Of a DNA stretch of 29,221 bases, positions 1 to 7,729 are shown in pieces (positions within the stretch are counted from its first letter, which is position 1; the number at the start of each line of letters is the position of its first letter). The stretch is from Pseudobdellovibrionaceae bacterium (GTDB lineage Bacteria; Bdellovibrionota; Bdellovibrionia; Bdellovibrionales; Bdellovibrionaceae). A program made the position numbers and the translations under genes. The stretch lies in contig JAYSSX010000639.1 of assembly GCA_043720315.1 (NCBI GenBank), positions 1-29,221 on the forward strand, given 5' to 3'. The notes under the pieces are model-generated. The model was given only the letters and a program-made list of their open reading frames with translations. It ran no database searches and was not told the DNA's origin.

Positions 1-9
1 TTGCGTTGC

Positions 10-687
10 TTAATTATTAGCAGCTTTCTTTTTCAGGAAAAAACGCGAGATCACCTGTTTAAATAACAAAACTAATGCGCCCACTAAAAGAATAGCTAAA
101 AATACATATTTGAATTGCTGTAGTTTTATCAAAATCGGCTCACCGTAGTGATAAACCAATAAAATCTGTGTCGGTACACTTACGCAAGCGGCAATGGAAT
201 CGACCAAAATAAATTGCCACACAGGAAAGGCCAACATACCAAAGGCTATATGTGCGGGAAATCGAATTCCTGGAGTAAAACGGAAAATAAATGCAGCAAA
301 TATTCCATAACGTTTTACCCACGTATTAATTCGGGCCATCACTTTTTCATTAAATACCATTTTAAATCTAGGCAATTGAATCAGACGTCTACCAAAAATT
401 CGCCCTAACATAAAAACTAAACAGTCAGTAAATATCACGGCTATGGTTGTAATAGCCGCCGCTTCATAGCCGTTAACAACTTTTGCATTAACATCTGGTG
501 GTGGAAAAAGTTCGGGGTTGGCTCCCATAAATGCGATCACACCAACAGTTAAAATAGTGACTTCTTCTGGCAACGGAAATCCAAACCCACTCGCTATCAT
601 CATCCCTATGACAAATAAATACACCAGACCGGGCTGATAAGCATATTGGGCCATCCAGTGAAAGATGGGTTCGTTGAAAAGACTCAT
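10..687 (-). CDS. dedA: DedA/SNARE-associated family membrane protein
   Basis: 225 aa, hydrophobic. Motifs GFGFPLPEEVTIL, D-x3-F-x-LGR-x-FG and FIFRFTPGIRF are typical of DedA (VTT domain). Confidence 0.9.
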   Translation of the reverse strand: MSLFNEPIFHWMAQYAYQPGLVYLFVIGMMIASGFGFPLPEEVTILTVGVIAFMGANPELFPPPDVNAKVVNGYEAAAITTIAVIFTDCLVFMLGRIFGRRLIQLPRFKMVFNEKVMARINTWVKRYGIFAAFIFRFTPGIRFPAHIAFGMLAFPVWQFILVDSIAACVSVPTQILLVYHYGEPILIKLQQFKYVFLAILLVGALVLLFKQVISRFFLKKKAANN

Positions 688-693
688 CGAAAT

Positions 694-702
694 ACAATAT
701 CA
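694..702 (-). promoter_or_regulatory. Extended -10 promoter (TGnTATTGT) for dedA, probably leaderless
   Basis: The minus strand reads TG-A-TATTGT-atttcg-ATG(687): 6 nt between hexamer and start codon, and no Shine-Dalgarno. Confidence 0.5.
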
Positions 703-752
703 GCTATTTTATCTATTGAAGAGACTCGGAACACCGTGCTAATCATAGATTT

Positions 753-1595
753 ATGGCAATTTCTGAAGGTAGAGGCTTTGAATACGGCGTTTTTCATATA
801 AAACCGGACCATTCTGCCCCTTTAATCGACTGCGTCTGTACTGAATTAGAATTAGAAACTACAAAAGTCCAAGAACTGCTCGACTTTGGAGCAGTTTACT
901 TAAATCAGGATCGCGTCTTTAAAAACCAAGATGTGGCCGCTGGCGATTTGATTCGGGTGCATAAAACCCCGCGCCGATTCGAAGTCGAAAGCATTGATTG
1001 GCAGGCGCGAATTGTTTCTGAAGAGGTAGATTTCTTAGTCATCAACAAACCACGCGGAGTTCCCTGCCACTCTAGTGTCGATAATTTTTATGAAAATGTT
1101 TTGCAGCAACTACAAAAAAAAATGCGTAGTAGTCTGTTTATTACGAATCGGTTGGACGTTCCCACTGGCGGATTATTAGTTTTAGCAAAGTCTAAAACCT
1201 TTCAGTCCGAATTTAATATTTTATTAGCAGAAAAAAAAATAAAAAAAATCTATAAAGCCATCGTTCCTGGTAACTGCAATCTGTCCGGCTTATTGACTCA
1301 TTATATGGAGCCGATGCCCACTGCCCCTAAAAAATTGAGTTTTGTACCTAAACATGGCTTCCTAAAATGCCAGCTGGAAATTTTAAACTCTTATTTTGAT
1401 CAAGAAAATAATCAATCTGAATTATTCATCGATTTAATTACTGGCCGCACCCACCAAATTCGGGCGCAGTTAGCTGAAATGAGTTTTCCAATATTAGGCG
1501 ATACTCAATACGACGGAATCGTCGATGAAAAAAATAAGATCTCGCTATGGTGTACAAAGTTGCAATTCAAACAATATGAGTTCGAACTGACTTAA
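753..1595 (+). CDS. RluA-family pseudouridine synthase with N-terminal S4-like region
   Basis: Motifs VINKPRGVPCH, NRLDVPTGGLLVLAK (catalytic Asp) and LITGRTHQIRAQLA...PILGD-x2-Y. Confidence 0.92.
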   Translation: MAISEGRGFEYGVFHIKPDHSAPLIDCVCTELELETTKVQELLDFGAVYLNQDRVFKNQDVAAGDLIRVHKTPRRFEVESIDWQARIVSEEVDFLVINKPRGVPCHSSVDNFYENVLQQLQKKMRSSLFITNRLDVPTGGLLVLAKSKTFQSEFNILLAEKKIKKIYKAIVPGNCNLSGLLTHYMEPMPTAPKKLSFVPKHGFLKCQLEILNSYFDQENNQSELFIDLITGRTHQIRAQLAEMSFPILGDTQYDGIVDEKNKISLWCTKLQFKQYEFELT

Positions 1596-2149
1596 TAGCC
1601 TGATATCTGAATTTCAAATTCTTCTTCGCCGACACCTTTAACGATTCTTTTTATAAAAACCTGATCCGATGTCAGTTTACGAAAATCTTCCCTTGGATAC
1701 ATGGTTGAGCTTTTCCAACAGGTCACTCCGTAACCTCGACAAAACGCGGAAATACCGGCTTCATTTTCCTTCGGGTTTAAACGAAAGTCTTCAAACAGTC
1801 GATCAATAATGTCATCGATAAGAATTCGATACCGACCAGCAAGAGTCTTTTCTTTATTTATTTTATCATCTACTCGATTAGATCCTTGGCGTTTGGGCAT
1901 ATACCAATCGCAACTCACATGAACTAGTGCCGTAAAATCTTCTTTGCAGACCACAAAGGCACAGTCTCCACTTTCGGTCTTCACAGTGCAGTCCTTTATT
2001 TTTCCCGGACCTATTGTTTGCCGTTGGCCAGATTGATCTACGATTTGAAATCGGCTGACCTCTTCGTTTGTCAACCGAATTGGATCGTAATACTGAACAG
2101 AAGTACATCCAACTAGCATCAAAATAATGAAAGGCAGCAGCCGAACCAT
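1592..2149 (-). CDS. Hypothetical lipoprotein (185 aa)
   Basis: Signal peptide with lipobox LVGC, GGAG SD upstream, several Cys. No family recognised. Confidence 0.75.
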   Translation of the reverse strand: MVRLLPFIILMLVGCTSVQYYDPIRLTNEEVSRFQIVDQSGQRQTIGPGKIKDCTVKTESGDCAFVVCKEDFTALVHVSCDWYMPKRQGSNRVDDKINKEKTLAGRYRILIDDIIDRLFEDFRLNPKENEAGISAFCRGYGVTCWKSSTMYPREDFRKLTSDQVFIKRIVKGVGEEEFEIQISGY

Positions 2150-2189
2150 TCAAGTCTCCAAACCAAAAGGTAACCGAATGCTAACCGAC

Positions 2190-2205
2190 TGGCTTGGAAT
2201 CTGCA
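2190..2205 (+). promoter_or_regulatory. Candidate sigma54 (-24/-12) promoter
   Basis: TGGCTTGGAATCTGCA has GG and GC at exactly the spacing of the consensus TGGCACGNNNNTTGCW, 43 nt upstream of the ATG at 2249. Confidence 0.55.
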
Positions 2206-2248
2206 AAGTCAATCTGTGTGTTAATTTAAAAAGATTAGAGGGATTTGT

Positions 2249-4429
2249 ATGAAAAAACTACTCGCAATTTTGGGCCTACTGTCAATTGTGTTTACAGCCG
2301 TGCTTAAGCCCCAACCTGCAAAAGCTGCTGATGATCAAATGCATCTTTATGGATCTGCATTTATGGCCATGGCCTCAGGAATACATCCTGACTATGCCAT
2401 TGCAATGTCATTAGGAAATGAAATGATCGACCGTGGAATCTGGACAACTCCAATGGGACTTCCGACTCCTCGCCTTCTATTCCACTTTCTAGGCACTCCT
2501 GCTGATTTTAATGTGGATGAAGGAATTATCCGTCGTGGTTTAGCCATCGCAACTATTAAACATCCACTGTTTTATAACTTGCTACATAAAGGTATGCTCA
2601 CAAAAAACCCCGTAGATCTTGGCAAGGCGCTGCACCTGTTAACTGATACCTTTTACCATGCCGGTTACTCGAATTTACTTGGCCATGGTGAAGGTGGTCA
2701 TCGTCCCGATATGCCTTATGATGAAATCTTAAAAGCGCGTCTTTGTTTTCAAGCGATCGTGGAAGTTCTTTTCATCATCCGCGACATGCAGCCGGGACCA
2801 AAGGACTTTAGCGTGCTAAAAAGAATCGTTGAAGACGTCAGTAAAAATCCTGCTTACGAAAGCAAATTAAAAGTGGTCACTGGCGCAAATACGGTTGACG
2901 GAATCGTTGAGATTCTTGCTCGTCGTCCCGATTTATTTACTCAAGTAGTATTGGATCACCCACAAGTAAGAAACACTTTTTTTACAACCATGGAAAGAAC
3001 TCCTGGCTATCGTAAATTATCAATGAAAGAAATTTTCGGACTTCTTATTAAAAAGGGCTATACAACTTTAAAACCACAAGACTTTGCCGAATTAGCAACC
3101 CAATTTCGTGATCTTTCAGCGCGAACTGATTTGATGCCGATGGATTCTACAAAAATCGTGATCTACCGTTTTTTACAGTTGCAAGATCCTATGCTTAAAC
3201 AACAGGCCGCTGAAGAGCTGAAAACCATTGGTTACGATGCCGCTGAAATGAAGGCAATATTAGACCGTGGTCACTTTGACTTTTCTACATTGGCTGGCTT
3301 TGACGACATGAAAGGTCTTAATGCAGAAATCAACACGAATTATATTAAACATATCGATTCTTTAAGATTCCTAACTACTAATTTGGAAACTTTTATGAGT
3401 CAAATTACCGAAATCGATAGTAACGGAAAAAAATCTTTTCTTCCTTCGTCTCGTTGGCCGCAAGACGTTCGTACTTTTGCCGACACTCTTCTTCCAGATA
3501 TGCTTGCTTGGACTCGCATTATTAATCATGGTGGAGCGATCCGTCTAGAAGAACATCGTGACATCGGAAATCTTTTTTCTACTCAAACCGATGCAGAAGC
3601 TGTTATTAGTTCTATCGATCGTGACCCAAGCTACTTGGAAAACACAGTTGAAATTCTTAAGGGAATCGAATCAAATGCTAAGACTTTAAAAACAGCGGCG
3701 CGTTTAAGAGCGTTGGCGGAGATCGCAAGATCTATTTCCTATGAACTTACTAAAGATATGTTTCCGATGAAAACTTCGGCTGATCATAAAGCTAATTTTG
3801 AAAATGATAAGTTGTCGCATGCTGTATTTGCAAAAGAAAGTCGAATTATGGCGGCTCGTAATTTAATTACGGAATTCTTTAACATCGATATTTTGCGTGG
3901 ACCAGATCCATTCCACGTTTTCGTAAAACAAAAGATGCAGGCCGGCTTCACTCGAATAAAGGGCAAAGTCCCACAAGTCGTTGCTCAGGTGGATGCACAA
4001 GTTGCTGAAATTATGGAATTAGCGCGTGAATTCAATCATTCCATTGGGTTTGGACAAAAAAATGCAGACGGAAAAATAGAACTTCCAATTGATCGTCCAG
4101 ATGTTTTTCGAGTAGCGCCTAACTTAAGCCTTTCAGGTTATCTCTCTTGGACAATGTCTACGTTTCAGTATGTTGGCCGAGTCATGTTAAAGCGTGCCCA
4201 ATCTAAAAACGCTGCAATCATGGGTTACGTTTCTAATGGTGAAAAAATGAAGTCCGAAGTTGTTCAGCAAATTGAACGGCAATATTACAAGCCGACAGAT
4301 TCACAAAAATCTAATTTGTGGAACCTTAAATTCGGTGAAATGAATTCACGTGATGAAGCTCGTAAATCTAAAGTAACAGGCCTTCCAGGAATCGTTCGCT
4401 GTGAAAGCCTTCATATCCGCGCAAAATAA
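2249..4429 (+). CDS. Secreted protein (726 aa) with N-terminal Zn-dependent phospholipase C/P1-nuclease-like (DUF6765-like) domain
   Basis: Sec signal (AKA/ADDQMH). Putative metal ligands: His6 of the mature protein, NEMID, FHF, LHLLTDTFYH and GHGEGGHRPD. SD AGAGGG upstream. Confidence 0.7.
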   Translation: MKKLLAILGLLSIVFTAVLKPQPAKAADDQMHLYGSAFMAMASGIHPDYAIAMSLGNEMIDRGIWTTPMGLPTPRLLFHFLGTPADFNVDEGIIRRGLAIATIKHPLFYNLLHKGMLTKNPVDLGKALHLLTDTFYHAGYSNLLGHGEGGHRPDMPYDEILKARLCFQAIVEVLFIIRDMQPGPKDFSVLKRIVEDVSKNPAYESKLKVVTGANTVDGIVEILARRPDLFTQVVLDHPQVRNTFFTTMERTPGYRKLSMKEIFGLLIKKGYTTLKPQDFAELATQFRDLSARTDLMPMDSTKIVIYRFLQLQDPMLKQQAAEELKTIGYDAAEMKAILDRGHFDFSTLAGFDDMKGLNAEINTNYIKHIDSLRFLTTNLETFMSQITEIDSNGKKSFLPSSRWPQDVRTFADTLLPDMLAWTRIINHGGAIRLEEHRDIGNLFSTQTDAEAVISSIDRDPSYLENTVEILKGIESNAKTLKTAARLRALAEIARSISYELTKDMFPMKTSADHKANFENDKLSHAVFAKESRIMAARNLITEFFNIDILRGPDPFHVFVKQKMQAGFTRIKGKVPQVVAQVDAQVAEIMELAREFNHSIGFGQKNADGKIELPIDRPDVFRVAPNLSLSGYLSWTMSTFQYVGRVMLKRAQSKNAAIMGYVSNGEKMKSEVVQQIERQYYKPTDSQKSNLWNLKFGEMNSRDEARKSKVTGLPGIVRCESLHIRAK

Positions 4430-4436
4430 AATCCGA

Positions 4437-4490
4437 TCCGTGACTTTTGATTGAGTACAATCAGTTCGAAATCACGGAAGTTTTATTTAA
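4437..4490 (+). terminator. Probable intrinsic terminator
   Basis: Outer stem TCCGTGA/TCACGGA, inner stem TGATTG-AGTA-CAATCA, followed by AGTTTTATTT just after the stop at 4429. Confidence 0.6.
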
Positions 4491-4570
4491 ATTTTTTCTA
4501 TCAGAGTTTGTCGAACTTTTTTACGTTAATGGACTATCTATTACTTTTTTACCTGTAAAAATCCTAACAG

Positions 4571-4599
4571 TTTAGATTACAACCATTTGCTACTATACT
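4571..4599 (+). promoter_or_regulatory. Candidate sigma70 promoter for the CDS at 4633
   Basis: TTTAGA-N17-TATACT; SD AGGAG at 4622-4626. Confidence 0.4.
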
Positions 4600-4632
4600 C
4601 CTGGCTGAATTACCCCCTACCAGGAGTACTAA

Positions 4633-6528
4633 ATGCGATCCCCGACGATACATAAAAAGGCCATCACTATGGCTTTAGTTGCGGCTTTAATTACGCCAGT
4701 AACATCCATACAAACACAGGCCGCCAGCAAAACTGGCCACAAGAAAGCTAAAAATCTGATCGAGCGATTAGTTGGATTTGACGTCCACTTGGCGCAGTTT
4801 GGATCTAATGTAAATCAAATGGTAGATGAAGTTCCCTTATCTGCAGCGACTCAGTCGGGAATGGCCTCAGACAAGCTGCACTTTCCAGCCGTTAAAACTC
4901 CGTCTGACTTAAAGAATGGCGATCTTCTTAATATCCAAAATAACAATGGTAAACGCACCCTAATGGGCGCAGTAAAGTCATTTGTGGTAACCAGCTCTAC
5001 GCTTCGTGGTGTGGGTGCCTTAGGCAATGCTGAGGGCTTTGAAATGGCTGCGCAGTCCTTAGACAAGGGTAATGCCACTGGCTTTTTTATGGGAATGCAC
5101 TACGCCATGGATATGAGCGCTTTATTTCATGATGGTTACTTAGGATCTCTAAATGCTCCTATCCCAGGATTAAACCGATTTCTAAAAGTGCCCTTGGGTC
5201 ATTTGGTCGACGGAACTTCTCCTGATGAACTAACCGTTGCTAAAATCTATTTCATGCTGGAAAACCTAGGTCCTTTCTTAATCGCATTTCGCGAGGCCCA
5301 AAACGGAGTCGGCGTAGACAACGTTTGGTTAGAACATCTAAAAGCTCAGGGCGTAAATGTAATGGATGCGAGCGCTATTGCAACATGGTTTTTCAAACAA
5401 AAAGAAATCGAACAAGTATTACGCCAAGAACTTCGCGGCGACCGTGTAGATCCTTATGTTGACTCAGTATTAACAGATCTTCGCTTTGCACTTACTGAAT
5501 TAGGATTTATTTCTGAAGAAAATTACAAATATATGGACGAGAATCTTGCGTTGATTAAAACACGAATGCAAAAAGCCCGTTTAGATATGAACGAATCGGT
5601 ACATTTGATCGACTTAGTTAAAGAATTTGCCAATCAAGCATGGAAAGACGGAAAATTTAACGAGCCAAACGTCATCGCCGAAACTACAACTGATTATCGC
5701 GGAAAATACGAGGCGACTCAAAGATTAGATCAGTTGATCATCGAGCCCAGCTATTTGAATCCGGCTATGCCACAGTATGTTCGTGATTCCGTAGAAGCAG
5801 GTTTAATGTCAAAATCAACGAATGCTCCTTATACACGCGGTTGGATTTTAGATCAGATCACTGAAAAATTAACTCGCGGAATGTTACATTCGCGTTGGTC
5901 AAAATTCAATTATGCTTTTTACAATGAAGACGTTAAGGCCGCCAAGGCCCAAGCCGAAACCGATGCCATTGATAAAATGGAAATGATCCTTTTCAAAAAT
6001 AAATCGATTTATATGTATGAAAATCCAAAAATGGTGTATTGGAATAAAGTATTTAAAACTTACTGGTCATTAACAATCGATGAACGTGGAAATTCATTAT
6101 TTAGAAAAGCGATTTCATTTTTCCGTGTGATTCTAGCTACCGAATTATTTCCGGGTTATGACATTCACAATCCCCGATTTACAACAAAAGTAGAGATTTT
6201 CTTTAAGACGATTGGATACCTCTTTAGCGAGGAACTAAAAAATCCTTTAACGACCAAAGGAAATTTAGCCGTGCGTTTTGATGATGTCAGGGATCGCTTG
6301 ATCAAAGAAATCAGAGTCAAATATCCAGATGGAATTATGACGGAAGCGACTTTGGCAAAAAATCGTGATCACTTTGTCACCGTCCAGTCCAGATACAATG
6401 ACAGTAATCAACGTTCGGGCCTAATCCAAAAAACCGCTGGCTTCATTGTCGATAAAGTCGATACACGTGATGCAAAGAAAAATAGCGTAAACCTAAGTCT
6501 ACGCTGCGAAAATGTTCATTTGAAATAA
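4633..6528 (+). CDS. Secreted protein (631 aa), paralogue of 2249..4429, with a Zn-PLC/P1-like N-terminal domain
   Basis: Sec signal (TQA/ASKTGH). Motifs NQMVD, LHF, MHYAMDMSALFH and GHLVDGTSPD align with the neighbouring gene. Confidence 0.7.
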   Translation: MRSPTIHKKAITMALVAALITPVTSIQTQAASKTGHKKAKNLIERLVGFDVHLAQFGSNVNQMVDEVPLSAATQSGMASDKLHFPAVKTPSDLKNGDLLNIQNNNGKRTLMGAVKSFVVTSSTLRGVGALGNAEGFEMAAQSLDKGNATGFFMGMHYAMDMSALFHDGYLGSLNAPIPGLNRFLKVPLGHLVDGTSPDELTVAKIYFMLENLGPFLIAFREAQNGVGVDNVWLEHLKAQGVNVMDASAIATWFFKQKEIEQVLRQELRGDRVDPYVDSVLTDLRFALTELGFISEENYKYMDENLALIKTRMQKARLDMNESVHLIDLVKEFANQAWKDGKFNEPNVIAETTTDYRGKYEATQRLDQLIIEPSYLNPAMPQYVRDSVEAGLMSKSTNAPYTRGWILDQITEKLTRGMLHSRWSKFNYAFYNEDVKAAKAQAETDAIDKMEMILFKNKSIYMYENPKMVYWNKVFKTYWSLTIDERGNSLFRKAISFFRVILATELFPGYDIHNPRFTTKVEIFFKTIGYLFSEELKNPLTTKGNLAVRFDDVRDRLIKEIRVKYPDGIMTEATLAKNRDHFVTVQSRYNDSNQRSGLIQKTAGFIVDKVDTRDAKKNSVNLSLRCENVHLK

Positions 6529-6540
6529 TCAATTATAGAA

Positions 6541-6558
6541 GCGCGCAGACATGCGTGC
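6541..6558. terminator. Short hairpin between convergent genes
   Basis: GCGCGCA-GACA-TGCGTGC with one G-U pair, flanked by AT-rich sequence. Confidence 0.45.
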
Positions 6559-6586
6559 ATTTAAATCAGTCGTGCAAACAGGCGAA

Positions 6587-7522
6587 TTACTGAAGAACTA
6601 GATTCTGCGCCAACTGGGCGTAGAATCTATCTTGTTCTCGCTTAATATAATCTAGGTTCAACACACCTAAAGGGAAAAATAAACGGTGATCCACCACTTG
6701 TTCCCAGTGCTCCAGATGCGCATAATCTTTCATTAACTTTGGTGTAATATTTCGGCCGGATTTTGAAATAAAATTTTTCACCGCAAAAGCCGAATCCCAA
6801 GTCACAATACCATCTGATGCTGTATCTCCGCCCAAAGCATCCGTTACCATCAGTACTGAACTTAATTGTTTGGCATCAAACCAAAGAAGCCCCGGTGACT
6901 GAAAACCACCATAAACTTGTACTGACAAATCATCAGGTACTTTTAACTTATTCATAAAATCAGTTATATTTTTGCGATTTAATTCAAGAAGATTTCCTAA
7001 ACTGATCCACTGAAGAAGATAATCAATTTTTGAAGCAAAGTCTTCAACATTATCTAAAAATCGAAGTCCAGAATAAGGAGTACTAATTGTTACAATTTTA
7101 GTAATCGGTAAATTAGTTTTCCCCGAAGCGTATAATGAATATAATCCACCAGCACTATGGCACACTAGGTACATTTTTTGATCAGCCCGCAATTTGCTTT
7201 GAATGCTGGTTAAAAAATGAATCAGAAGTTCGCCATTAACGGCGATGCCACCAATAGGTTTTAAATTATTCACTACATAAACATCAAAACCTTGTGCTTG
7301 GATTGCGGCTGAAATCGAACGGCTAAAATACGGATCCTTCCAAGGATTTCCCGACTCATTGGGCGCAGGAATACTGGGCGCCAAAGAGTTAAAAAAACCT
7401 GGAACCAAAACAACAACATCCCGTTTCAAATTCTTAACATTTCCTGGATAAAATTGTGCATTTGCTAAAAAAGAAAAACACAAACTGAACAGGATCAAAA
7501 CGGATTTAAAATATTTCTTCAT
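6587..7522 (-). CDS. Secreted alpha/beta hydrolase (lipase/esterase, PGAP1-like)
   Basis: Signal peptide; oxyanion motif VLVPGF; nucleophile elbow CHSAGG; STPYSG; SDGIV (Asp); HLEHWE (His). SD GGGGAGGG. Confidence 0.85.
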   Translation of the reverse strand: MKKYFKSVLILFSLCFSFLANAQFYPGNVKNLKRDVVVLVPGFFNSLAPSIPAPNESGNPWKDPYFSRSISAAIQAQGFDVYVVNNLKPIGGIAVNGELLIHFLTSIQSKLRADQKMYLVCHSAGGLYSLYASGKTNLPITKIVTISTPYSGLRFLDNVEDFASKIDYLLQWISLGNLLELNRKNITDFMNKLKVPDDLSVQVYGGFQSPGLLWFDAKQLSSVLMVTDALGGDTASDGIVTWDSAFAVKNFISKSGRNITPKLMKDYAHLEHWEQVVDHRLFFPLGVLNLDYIKREQDRFYAQLAQNLVLQ

Positions 7523-7546
7523 AAAAAACCCTCCCCTACGTACTAG

Positions 7547-7576
7547 AGTTTATTCTTTATCAGACAGAAGGGTCAA
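7547..7576 (-). promoter_or_regulatory. Candidate sigma70 promoter for the 311-aa lipase
   Basis: The minus strand reads TTGACC-N18-TAAACT upstream of a strong SD. Confidence 0.5.
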
Positions 7577-7660
7577 TAATACCGGCTAACGCGATATGGA
7601 AACTAACCTAAATTTCCTAAGAGTACTTATTTTTCATATCAACACACGTATATGCGCTCT

Positions 7661-7694
7661 GAAAAAGAAAAAGCCACGGTTTTAACCATGGCTT
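7661..7694 (-). terminator. Intrinsic terminator after the 693-aa lipase
   Basis: Minus strand AAGCCATGGTT-AA-AACCGTGGCTT followed by TTTCTTTTTC. Confidence 0.8.
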
Positions 7695-7729
7695 CAACTT
7701 AATGCGTCTTTTTTCTTACTATTTAATAG

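Noticed and set aside
1231-1248. A9-T-A8 homopolymer run in rluA as a possible phase-variation tract
   Set aside because: It is in frame (EKKIKKI) in an AT-rich, Lys-rich gene, and similar A/T runs are common across the window.
4463-4517. AGTTCGA/TCGAACT pairing as an antiterminator for the 4437 hairpin
   Set aside because: It is only 7 bp, and the partner lies downstream of the U-tract, so it could not form before termination.
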